Shown: piece after piece, positions 8,274-15,195 of the stretch | Position numbering within the stretch: the stretch's first letter is position 1 | How the letters are laid out: each line of letters begins with the position of its first letter | Virus record (IMG/VR): IMGVR_UViG_3300025653_000214 | Location: 1-27,271 of that record | DNA from: a virus | Taxonomy: Duplodnaviria > Caudoviricetes | Direction: 5' to 3' (one strand) | DNA: 27,271 nucleotides | The notes under the pieces: generated by a model | Databases searched by the model: none | What the model was told of the DNA's origin: nothing | The model's input: the letters and a program-made list of their open reading frames with translations, nothing else | Position numbers and translations under genes: made by a program

Positions 8274-8678
8274 ATGCCTTTTAACCCAAAAAGTCTCAAA
8301 AACCTAAATGGTGCTTGGACAACTGAATCTGCAAAGGCTGCACAAAAGAAAGGTGTGGCTACGCGCAAGGCTAATAAAGAAGCAAGAGAAGCTGTTAAGA
8401 TGTCCATTTATGAATGGGGCAAATATAAAGACGATGTTCTCTCTACAAACGATATGACTTCTTTGGATGTCCTTAAGATAATGATGTTTAAAGCATTAGA
8501 AAAAGATGACATGAGTACTGCACTTGATATTGCAAAGACTCTTGCAGAATTTGAGTCACCAAAGCTTGCACGTGTTGATCAAACTAATGTTGAGATACAG
8601 GCTGAAGACTTGTCTGATGAGGAACTGCAAGAACTTTTAGATGAAGCAAGTGCCGAAGCGAATGCCCCGCGACACTGA
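8274..8678 (+). CDS. Probable terminase small subunit
   Basis: SD GGAGA then ATG 8274; basic N-terminus (KSLKNL...KKGVATRKANK), AKTLAEFESPKLARV, C-terminal DLSDEELQELL as seen in many TerS proteins; no terS next to terL. Confidence 0.6.
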   Translation: MPFNPKSLKNLNGAWTTESAKAAQKKGVATRKANKEAREAVKMSIYEWGKYKDDVLSTNDMTSLDVLKIMMFKALEKDDMSTALDIAKTLAEFESPKLARVDQTNVEIQAEDLSDEELQELLDEASAEANAPRH

Positions 8679-8728
8679 TGCGTTTTGTCGGTTACCCAAA
8701 AAAGATGCATATGCGTTTTGTCGGTTAC
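8678..8728. repeat. Two direct copies of ATGCGTTTTGTCGGTT(AC)
   Basis: Copies start at 8678 and 8711 (33-bp period); third copy at 13229. Confidence 0.9.
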
Positions 8729-8730
8729 TG

Positions 8731-8782
8731 AAAATAAATAAAAGATCCCTGAGTACACACATAAGTGTACCCAGGGATTTTT
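8731..8782. terminator. Bidirectional intrinsic terminator
   Basis: Stem ATCCCTGAGTACAC/GTGTACCCAGGGAT (8745-8778; fully paired on minus strand with one G-U), A-tract before and T-tract after, between convergent genes. Confidence 0.85.
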
Positions 8783-8784
8783 GG

Positions 8785-8964
8785 TTATACTTTAGGGCGA
8801 CTACAGAAGTTACCACCAGTGCCGTTAGGGCTTCCAGCAGGTAACCGTGAGATAGAGAGGTATCCTTGGTTACTAGAGAAAGAACCCTTAGGTCCGTATT
8901 GGTTTGTAGTGCGCCGGAATTGCAGGTTCTGTCGTCCGATAGGGTTTACAATAATTTTTTGCAT
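8785..8964 (-). CDS. hypothetical protein, last gene of early block
   Basis: MQKIIVNPIGRQNLQF...; stop lies directly before the terminator. Confidence 0.6.
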   Translation of the reverse strand: MQKIIVNPIGRQNLQFRRTTNQYGPKGSFSSNQGYLSISRLPAGSPNGTGGNFCSRPKV

Positions 8965-8977
8965 GTCTTTAAACTTT

Positions 8978-9133
8978 CTATTGTACTGTACGAGATTGAT
9001 CAAGATCTTGAAGGACAAATCCAAGATCGATATAAAGAGTGATTGCTTCTTCTTCTGTTAGAAGCACTTCTTCACCACCAAAGTCAATGGCGATTTTACC
9101 ATCGGCTTCAGCATATACATCTTCTATAGTCAT
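8978..9133 (-). CDS. 51-aa acidic hypothetical protein
   Basis: Manual: MTIEDVYAEADGKIAIDFGGEEVLLTEEEAITLYIDLGFVLQDLDQSRTVQ; TAATG coupling. Confidence 0.65.
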   Translation of the reverse strand: MTIEDVYAEADGKIAIDFGGEEVLLTEEEAITLYIDLGFVLQDLDQSRTVQ

Positions 9134-9357
9134 TACACATCATCACTATCGTCTACAAAGCCATCTTTGAAAGCATCGTGTAGGATTGCGATTTCTTCTG
9201 TACTTATAGAGCCATAGACATTGTAATGGATTAGGTCTGAATTATACCGTTTACCTTTGCTCATCCTAAGGCTTTCATTACAAACAGTGTCTAGTTTTGT
9301 AAATGCTTCTGTAGCTTTATCTAGGTGTCTTGTATATACATCGAATGATATCTTCAT
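9133..9357 (-). CDS. hypothetical protein
   Basis: SD AAGGA, coupled to downstream gene. Confidence 0.65.
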   Translation of the reverse strand: MKISFDVYTRHLDKATEAFTKLDTVCNESLRMSKGKRYNSDLIHYNVYGSISTEEIAILHDAFKDGFVDDSDDV

Positions 9358-9365
9358 AATTTTCC

Positions 9366-9590
9366 TTATACAAATATGTTGTTAATCGAGTTATCTACCA
9401 TAGACTCTATTTCTTTTTCGTCCATAGATAATCCTAGTTCGTTTAATTGAAAGTTTACTAAGTCTATTGTATGGGTTCTAATGTAGACTCGTGATTCATC
9501 AACGTAGTCTTGACAGAAATTCCATTCTTGTGCTACTTCTTCTTGAACCATTTCTTCTAGTTCTATCATTATGTCTTTCATCTTGCCCAT
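9366..9590 (-). CDS. hypothetical protein
   Basis: Start MGKMKDIMIE via TAATG coupling. Confidence 0.65.
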   Translation of the reverse strand: MGKMKDIMIELEEMVQEEVAQEWNFCQDYVDESRVYIRTHTIDLVNFQLNELGLSMDEKEIESMVDNSINNIFV

Positions 9591-9748
9591 TACATAGCCT
9601 TTAGTTTGTTGTAACGAGTCCACCACATTTGCCAACAGAATCGGTCATTACGTTTTTTGAATAACTCTAGTAGTTCTGTGATAGCTTCATCTGGTAGAGA
9701 GTAGTCTACAGCAAACTTAGCAAAAAACTCAAAGTCTTGTTTAGTCAT
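9590..9748 (-). CDS. 52-aa hypothetical protein
   Basis: Manual: MTKQDFEFFAKFAVDYSLPDEAITELLELFKKRNDRFCWQMWWTRYNKLKAM. Confidence 0.65.
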   Translation of the reverse strand: MTKQDFEFFAKFAVDYSLPDEAITELLELFKKRNDRFCWQMWWTRYNKLKAM

Positions 9749-9914
9749 GGCACACCCCAGCTTCAATTAGTTGTGTTGCGGTTCTACCAAAGAACCCTTG
9801 CAATTGCCAAGCGAGTCCAGTGTTAATCAGATGTTGCCAAGCTTCTATTGTTTGGTTTTCGTTATCTGATTCTATAAATCCTTCAGCGATACCAACGGCT
9901 GTGTAGTTATCCAT
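9741..9914 (-). CDS. hypothetical phage protein
   Basis: MDNYTAVGIAEGF...WQHLINTGLAWQLQGFFGRTA; TAATG coupling. Confidence 0.7.
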   Translation of the reverse strand: MDNYTAVGIAEGFIESDNENQTIEAWQHLINTGLAWQLQGFFGRTATQLIEAGVCHD

Positions 9915-9991
9915 TACACTAGTAACCAAACAGCGACAATAACATGCAACCATCCAATGGTTTCAATCATTTTATCAATGTCAATATTCAT
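9914..9991 (-). CDS. 25-aa hydrophobic peptide
   Basis: Manual: MNIDIDKMIETIGWLHVIVAVWLLV; SD GAGGA. Confidence 0.5.
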   Translation of the reverse strand: MNIDIDKMIETIGWLHVIVAVWLLV

Positions 9992-9996
9992 GTTCC

Positions 9997-10287
9997 TCAA
10001 TCCTCAGTAAACATTTTATCTAAGTGGTTGATTATGTCGTCTGGTAAATATTCTCTAGGAGAGTCGTAACCAATTTGGGCATCTGGGTTTGTATAAACTG
10101 ATTCCTGTCCTTTTCTTACATCCATAATCATATAATTATGTATGCCCCATGTGTCACAATCTGTTACATAACCAAGGTCATTGATTTCATTAGCAACTAT
10201 GTGGGTTCCATTCCAAGAATCACCGTCACCAAATCCGAATTTATCAAAGGCTTCTTCCCACTCCCATTCAATCATCATGTAAGGCAT
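9997..10287 (-). CDS. hypothetical protein
   Basis: SD GGAG before MPYMMIEWEWEEAFDKFGFGDGD. Confidence 0.7.
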   Translation of the reverse strand: MPYMMIEWEWEEAFDKFGFGDGDSWNGTHIVANEINDLGYVTDCDTWGIHNYMIMDVRKGQESVYTNPDAQIGYDSPREYLPDDIINHLDKMFTED

Positions 10288-10291
10288 TGTT

Positions 10292-10711
10292 TTACTCCCA
10301 TCTATAAAACACATGTTCAGCAATCTGCACGACAGGCACCTTACTTTCAGCCCATTCAGGTAGTACATAGGTTGCATGATAATGCGTGGCACCCTCAACA
10401 AAGTCATCAAGGTTTCCTGTATGTACTCCCTGTGCGATTATTAGGGCTTGTTCCCATGCTGTTTCGTCAGGTGTTTTGTCCGATTTACCGTCACAATACC
10501 AACTAAACTGGCAGCGATGGCGAACAGGAAAGTCAGGTTTCCAAGAATATGTTGGGCCTTGAGTGACCACTTCGCATACATCGTCAGGGTACCTGTCATC
10601 ACGGACACGATTCATTACCACTTGAGCAACTGCTACTTGTCCAATAAACGGTTGATCACGGGCTTCATGATATATGTTAAGTGCAAGGCATACGAGTGCT
10701 TCAGCAAACAT
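10292..10711 (-). CDS. Cell wall hydrolase, SleB/Hydrolase_2 family
   Basis: CLALNIYHEARDQ, AVAQVVMNRV, CQFSWYCDGK, GATHYHATYVLPEW. Confidence 0.9.
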   Translation of the reverse strand: MFAEALVCLALNIYHEARDQPFIGQVAVAQVVMNRVRDDRYPDDVCEVVTQGPTYSWKPDFPVRHRCQFSWYCDGKSDKTPDETAWEQALIIAQGVHTGNLDDFVEGATHYHATYVLPEWAESKVPVVQIAEHVFYRWE

Positions 10712-10929
10712 TAGCAAGCCTCCAATTGTTCAATGTGTGGGTCATAGTATTCTTCTAGATATTCACAGACTTGATCCCAGTTTTCTGGGTAGAAATCTAA
10801 ATCACCAGCCCAGATACCATCGTTGTATTCGTCTTCACATACAACAGAGAAATTACTATCTTCTTGAATAGTACCATAGCACCAAGTTTCTCCACCGTCT
10901 TTACGTATGTATACATGTTTATCAAGCAT
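10711..10929 (-). CDS. acidic hypothetical protein
   Basis: Overlap-coupled ORF. Confidence 0.65.
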   Translation of the reverse strand: MLDKHVYIRKDGGETWCYGTIQEDSNFSVVCEDEYNDGIWAGDLDFYPENWDQVCEYLEEYYDPHIEQLEAC

Positions 10930-11239
10930 AGTTAAACCTTACTGATATTTCTTGAGTGGTTGACATGACACATTTCTCGTTACGTTTGAATAGTTCAGCC
11001 TCAATTAGATTGAGACCAGAGAATGTGGGATCGTCAGTTACAATACGAACAATCCAGACTTCTTCACGCATCTGGACAGAGTTAGTAGTACCATCAGTAT
11101 TAGTACCCTCGTTGTTCCAGTGACCAACACCGTTGTATGCTGTGCAGCCTCCATGAATATTAGTTAGAAGTGTCTTGGCATCTTCAAAGGTTTGTCTACC
11201 CACTGCACATGGGATATATACTTCATGTATGTAGCTCAT
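10922..11239 (-). CDS. hypothetical protein
   Basis: Overlap-coupled ORF; GGCTAYNGVGHW...REE. Confidence 0.7.
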   Translation of the reverse strand: MSYIHEVYIPCAVGRQTFEDAKTLLTNIHGGCTAYNGVGHWNNEGTNTDGTTNSVQMREEVWIVRIVTDDPTFSGLNLIEAELFKRNEKCVMSTTQEISVRFNYA

Positions 11240-11463
11240 TGTTCTAGTACCACTTCTGCATTAGTTTCTATCCAGACCTTAGCGCCACAGGATAGTGGTT
11301 TGTCAGGACTGTATACGACTGTACTGCCGCCCATGATATGAACAGCGTGTGCATACTCGTTAGACTTACTGGTTTTGACAGTGATTACAGGGTTACGATT
11401 ACCAGACTTTGCATTAGCCCTGATAACATGCTGGTTGATATGGATACGTTTAAGTGTCATCAT
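11236..11463 (-). CDS. conserved-looking phage hypothetical protein
   Basis: RIHINQHVIRAN...VYSPDKPLSCGAKVWIET; SD GAGG. Confidence 0.75.
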   Translation of the reverse strand: MMTLKRIHINQHVIRANAKSGNRNPVITVKTSKSNEYAHAVHIMGGSTVVYSPDKPLSCGAKVWIETNAEVVLEQ

Positions 11464-11719
11464 ACACCTCACCAAAGTCCTGCCATTCTTGTTCCCAAGT
11501 GGGTTGACCCTCGTCTTCTGTAAAGTCAGGATCATACCAGTGTGGTTCTGTACCGTTTACAATGTCTGAGACAGACGCACAATATACATCATCGTTTTCA
11601 TGTGTGATTGCATTGTACATAGATAGTGCATGTTCGTAGTTTTCCGATACTTGCCAGTGATCTACGAGAGTTGGTTTATTGTCAATTATTTTTCTGATTG
11701 ACCAAGCGACAATATACAT
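11450..11719 (-). CDS. hypothetical protein
   Basis: TAATG coupling; acidic tail GQPTWEQEWQDFGE. Confidence 0.65.
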   Translation of the reverse strand: MYIVAWSIRKIIDNKPTLVDHWQVSENYEHALSMYNAITHENDDVYCASVSDIVNGTEPHWYDPDFTEDEGQPTWEQEWQDFGEVYDDT

Positions 11720-12132
11720 TATTCTACACCTTCCCAATGGTTGATCTCTGAGTCTATATCATAGCACTCTAGATCGACTTGTCCTGTCTCAAGATATACG
11801 ACAACACCGTCTGGTATTCTAGGGTGCCCCTTGTGTTCTACTATTTGTGCGTAGTCAAAATCATAGTTGTTATCGAACTGCCGCAATATTAGGTTAGACC
11901 TGTGTAGTCCTTGCTCAGTTTTCCACTGATCTTCTTTGATAAGGTCTTCTTGTCTTGCACCACGAATGAATAGGCGAGACCCTTCTTCATTAAGTGTGAT
12001 CCATGCATAACCATATCCGTTTGACTCAATCTCTTCAATATCTTCATGAGATAGGTTGTAAGGAAGTTTAAAGGTTTCAGTTGCTTCCATGTATTCAGTG
12101 GCGCGAAAGTCAATTTCAATCTTGTTTGACAT
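11719..12132 (-). CDS. hypothetical protein
   Basis: SD AGGAG upstream of MSNKIEIDF. Confidence 0.65.
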   Translation of the reverse strand: MSNKIEIDFRATEYMEATETFKLPYNLSHEDIEEIESNGYGYAWITLNEEGSRLFIRGARQEDLIKEDQWKTEQGLHRSNLILRQFDNNYDFDYAQIVEHKGHPRIPDGVVVYLETGQVDLECYDIDSEINHWEGVE

Positions 12133-12322
12133 CTTTAAGATACTCCTGTTTCCATTCAGAGAATTGGTATCCACTCATTTCACTGAATTTGTGCAGTGTG
12201 TAGTTGTGTACCATAAGGGCAAGAACCGTTGAGTATGCTGGATGCTCTTGGTCGTTTATGTAGTCGTATATTTCATCCCATGATTTAGGAATAACTACTA
12301 GAGCTTGATTAGATAGATCCAT
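12116..12322 (-). CDS. hypothetical protein
   Basis: TGATG coupling. Confidence 0.65.
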   Translation of the reverse strand: MDLSNQALVVIPKSWDEIYDYINDQEHPAYSTVLALMVHNYTLHKFSEMSGYQFSEWKQEYLKDVKQD

Positions 12323-12555
12323 CAGTGACCAGCCTTTCCTGCGTATCCTGAACCATTTAGTCGGTGCCTAGCATCACTGGCTTCTTGCCTGTTGATACGC
12401 TCAACATCTTCCATTTGGTCACGCAGAAAGTAATACAACTGAGTCATTTGCTCTTCAACTGTTTTGTCTGATACTTTGCACCAGCATGTAAAACAAGTCT
12501 GCATGAATTGGTAGTTATCTACCATTCTTTGTATTTTCTTTTCTGTAAGTGTCAT
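12322..12555 (-). CDS. hypothetical protein
   Basis: MTLTEKKIQRMV...; coupled to downstream gene. Confidence 0.6.
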   Translation of the reverse strand: MTLTEKKIQRMVDNYQFMQTCFTCWCKVSDKTVEEQMTQLYYFLRDQMEDVERINRQEASDARHRLNGSGYAGKAGH

Positions 12556-12661
12556 TAGATTTCTTTCTGTTGTAAATCTTCTTTGACTGTACAACCTGTT
12601 TGCCTTGCCGATTAGTTAGCATGGTACGGGCAATTGGGTTTACTGGTTTGATTGGACCCAT
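12515..12661 (-). CDS. 48-aa basic protein
   Basis: Manual: MGPIKPVNPIARTMLTNRQGKQVVQSKKIYNRKKSNDTYRKENTKNGR; SD GGAG. Confidence 0.6.
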   Translation of the reverse strand: MGPIKPVNPIARTMLTNRQGKQVVQSKKIYNRKKSNDTYRKENTKNGR

Positions 12662-12663
12662 CG

Positions 12664-12747
12664 TTATCTCTCCGTTGCTATGTACTTTAGAATGTTTAAC
12701 ACAATAAAGAGTAGCAAGATGATGATATAAATAGATCCAAAGGTCAT
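12664..12747 (-). CDS. 27-aa membrane peptide
   Basis: Manual: MTFGSIYIIILLLFIVLNILKYIATER; SD AAGGTG. Confidence 0.55.
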   Translation of the reverse strand: MTFGSIYIIILLLFIVLNILKYIATER

Positions 12748-12750
12748 GTA

Positions 12751-13023
12751 TTACACCTTTTCGATTTCGTATTCTGTAATGTGTTTGATTAGGCGAACTC
12801 CATCAATTACATATGCATCTGCAAGTACACCTGTAGCCTCGTCTACATAGTCTGCACGTGTAGTGATAATACGTCTGGATTTACTTACGACTGTTTCTAT
12901 ACGGTGTTTCTTTGCGGCATTCATGATTGCCATTACTTCTTCTTCTGATACTCTATCAACCATAGTAAACTCTACGGTGTTGTATACTGTAGCTCTGATA
13001 TCATCATCGTTATCGTTAGACAT
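12751..13023 (-). CDS. hypothetical protein
   Basis: MSNDNDDDIRATV..., overlaps upstream stop. Confidence 0.65.
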   Translation of the reverse strand: MSNDNDDDIRATVYNTVEFTMVDRVSEEEVMAIMNAAKKHRIETVVSKSRRIITTRADYVDEATGVLADAYVIDGVRLIKHITEYEIEKV

Positions 13024-13219
13024 ATTTCCATATCCTTTTCTCGTGGTGTCCTGCCCACGAGCTTGCATTTTTTTCAGCAAACTCAAAGATTGTCCAGTCT
13101 ACATCGTCACCAGTGTCATCAGCATTAGCTTTTTCTGCATCAGCAATAGCAAGTAGACGGGTGTAAACTTTAGCTTCAAAGGAATCCTTGAGAGCATGTG
13201 GTTCTGTGAATATACTCAT
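13016..13219 (-). CDS. hypothetical protein
   Basis: SD AGGAG before MSIFTEPH. Confidence 0.7.
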   Translation of the reverse strand: MSIFTEPHALKDSFEAKVYTRLLAIADAEKANADDTGDDVDWTIFEFAEKNASSWAGHHEKRIWKYV

Positions 13220-13228
13220 TTTACTCCT

Positions 13229-13244
13229 ATGCGTTTTGTCGGTT
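13229..13244. repeat. Third copy of ATGCGTTTTGTCGGTT
   Basis: Exact 16-bp match to 8678 and 8711; adjoins the SD of the 13219 gene. Confidence 0.9.
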
Positions 13245-13370
13245 TGACTAAAATTATCCGAGAGTAGCCCAAGGTTTCCCAAGGCTATCTCTGTTGTTTG
13301 TACGAGACTCCAATAGAGCAGGGCGGGCTACTATTTAGCCCTGCGAACATAAAGTGTCCCGAAGGGACTC

Positions 13371-13433
13371 AATAATAAATATAACAAGCGCCTCCAGTGC
13401 TACAAGGTTACTAAGACCGAGCACCAGAGTCGC
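13371..13433 (-). terminator. Probable terminator or processing stem downstream of ssb
   Basis: Minus: GCGACTCTGGTGCT...AGCACTGGAGGCGC followed by TTGTTATATTTATTATT. Confidence 0.5.
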
Positions 13434-13449
13434 TATCTGAATATGATGA

Positions 13450-13476
13450 GAGCAGTTTATCTTCATGCTCAGGAAG
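13450..13476 (-). other. Compact H-type RNA pseudoknot candidate
   Basis: Minus: CTTC-CT-GAGCA-T-GAAG-ATAAAC-TGCTC. Confidence 0.5.
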
Positions 13477-13482
13477 TATATG

Positions 13483-13992
13483 CTAGAACAGATCGCTAGC
13501 GGAACCCTTAGGCTCTTCTGGCTCAACTGATCCAACAGCCTCAAAGTCTACACCATCTGTTGGGGCATAGACTACAAGGTCAGTAACTTGGATAGCTGTG
13601 AGTGAGCTAGCAACACCTTTACGACCAGCAGTGTCATAAGGATATTGAAAGACAATCACGTTAGCTTTGGAACCATTACCGATTGTGGTAACTTGCTCCA
13701 TTGGTGTAAGATCAGAATTGACTACACGGACCTTACCATTGGTCTCACCGTTTGCCTTGTGTGCTTTACGCTTAAGGCTAGCAGTGAACATACCAGCGGC
13801 ATCTTTGACCAGTGCACCATCTTTCCTACGGAACTTGATATAGTTGTCCTCAAGCTCTTTGACTTTAGCTTCATCAGCAGTAGCAATCTGTAGCTCATAC
13901 TGTTCAGCGCCAAATGGATTGACAGGTTTATCAAGCTTAGGATAGTTGATAGTTACGTCAGTGATCTTGAAATTACGAACTTCTGTAAGCAT
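13483..13992 (-). CDS. Single-stranded DNA-binding protein (T7 gp2.5-like)
   Basis: YPKLDKP, IGNGSKANV, LTAIQVTDLVVY, acidic tail ending in Phe; SD AAGGAAGG. Confidence 0.85.
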   Translation of the reverse strand: MLTEVRNFKITDVTINYPKLDKPVNPFGAEQYELQIATADEAKVKELEDNYIKFRRKDGALVKDAAGMFTASLKRKAHKANGETNGKVRVVNSDLTPMEQVTTIGNGSKANVIVFQYPYDTAGRKGVASSLTAIQVTDLVVYAPTDGVDFEAVGSVEPEEPKGSASDLF

Positions 13993-14016
13993 GGGATATT
14001 ACCTTCCTTGCAAAAT

Positions 14017-14308
14017 ACACAAAATTGTGTTGAAGATGCGTGATCTGTAATTAGACCACGACTAGCTAGTATTCACCTTTATTGGTGCCTACGGGACGCT
14101 TCTCTCCCCGTCTTGACTGTATACAGCACTGAACATCCGAGTCTTACTCTGCGATGTGCCCCACCATACTTATAGTTGTACCGTGCTCTGGGTTCTTTTG
14201 ATGTTCACTACGCTCTCACCGAGCTTCCACGTTTTTTCATTCAGTAACCATGTGTCCTATTGCTAGGCTAGACGCTTTTCCAATATGCTAGTCGTAGTTT
14301 GCAACACA
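14017..14308 (-). ncRNA. Candidate multi-branched structured RNA / ssb leader
   Basis: No convincing ORF; long-range helices 14053-14066/14287-14300 and 14026-14032/14302-14308, internal helix 14130-14137/14200-14207, GCAA tetraloop hairpin 14256-14267; G-U pairs favour the minus strand. Confidence 0.6.
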
Positions 14309-14460
14309 GAGGGTACAGGCTATTGTGCCTGAGTTTCAGAGATTATCTGCAGTGGTTCTGCAGTACGTAGTGATGATGAAGATACATCCTGCCGTTTGTT
14401 TGAATTGGTGGCTGAGGCTAATCCACTCTGGCAAGACTACTAAGGATGTATCCAATTCGA

Positions 14461-14490
14461 GGACGCAGCCGAGGAACGAGGTCTGCGGCC
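14461..14490. repeat. Hairpin family member B
   Basis: GGACGCAGC-CGAGGAACGAG-GTCTGCGGCC; stem shared with 8210-8228, loop shared with 15319-15330. Confidence 0.7.
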
Positions 14491-14496
14491 CCATAG

Positions 14497-14658
14497 TTAT
14501 CTGAGAGATTCTATAAGTACTATGATTGATACTACAGTACCTATGGTTACAATCTCTTTGTTTCTGAGTATCCAAGGTCCATTACCAATAGTGACCCACT
14601 GGCACAGAAAGAGAAGTGTGTAAACAAACACAGAGATTAGTATTGCTGCTGTGATCAT
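14497..14658 (-). CDS. 53-aa two-TM membrane protein
   Basis: Manual: MITAAILISVFVYTLLFLCQWVTIGNGPWILRNKEIVTIGTVVSIIVLIESLR; ATGA coupling. Confidence 0.65.
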   Translation of the reverse strand: MITAAILISVFVYTLLFLCQWVTIGNGPWILRNKEIVTIGTVVSIIVLIESLR

Positions 14659-14819
14659 TTTCTGAAATCCACAAGTGTCAATGAGTAGGTAATGACACCA
14701 GTGATAGTCATAATACCACAGATGGCAATTATGAATACGTGTGAGTCAGATACAGCAGCAAGGAATGATAGCACAAACCCTACGAGAGTGAGCACTAGAC
14801 CGATAATAGTGTTGTCCAT
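14655..14819 (-). CDS. 54-aa two-TM membrane protein
   Basis: Manual: MDNTIIGLVLTLVGFVLSFLAAVSDSHVFIIAICGIMTITGVITYSLTLVDFRK. Confidence 0.65.
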   Translation of the reverse strand: MDNTIIGLVLTLVGFVLSFLAAVSDSHVFIIAICGIMTITGVITYSLTLVDFRK

Positions 14820-14820
14820 A

Positions 14821-14937
14821 TTAGTCCCCTAACCATTCGTTGATCATGATAATGAACGGGATTGAAAGAAACACCACAAGACCAGCAACAGCTGTTAGTG
14901 TGGCAAAGACCCAGATAGCAAGCAGTACATCAACCAT
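14821..14937 (-). CDS. 38-aa one-TM membrane protein
   Basis: Manual: MVDVLLAIWVFATLTAVAGLVVFLSIPFIIMINEWLGD. Confidence 0.65.
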   Translation of the reverse strand: MVDVLLAIWVFATLTAVAGLVVFLSIPFIIMINEWLGD

Positions 14938-14938
14938 C

Positions 14939-15145
14939 TTATTGACCTTTCCAGAATACAGTGATTACAACAGTAACCTCTGAGTTAGTGACAACGTACA
15001 TACCAGTAGAGTTGTCAATGAATGTGAACTTAGCAGAGTCAGTACGATTGACCATCTTGACACCGTTGTTGACTGTGTTGATGATATCTTTGACTGTGCC
15101 TCCACGTTGTGACAGGCGAGACTTAGCGTGTTTAGTGATACGCAT
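14939..15145 (-). CDS. DUF4258-like small protein (possible ribonuclease fold)
   Basis: MRITKHAKSRLSQRG...DIINTVNNG...VVITVF; SD AAAGGA. Confidence 0.65.
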   Translation of the reverse strand: MRITKHAKSRLSQRGGTVKDIINTVNNGVKMVNRTDSAKFTFIDNSTGMYVVTNSEVTVVITVFWKGQ

Positions 15146-15195
15146 GACAGATCCTTTCTGAATCCATGAGTGATGATGAGTATCCCTAAGGACAC

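Noticed and set aside
8678-8728. Possible mini-CRISPR
   Set aside because: Only two adjacent 18-bp repeats with a 15-bp gap and no cas genes.
13335-13544. 69-aa minus ORF overlapping the ssb end
   Set aside because: No SD and crosses the hairpin array; probably a shadow ORF.
14336-14575. 79-aa minus ORF
   Set aside because: TTG start inside a better-supported membrane ORF, no recognisable motif, and overlaps strong stems.
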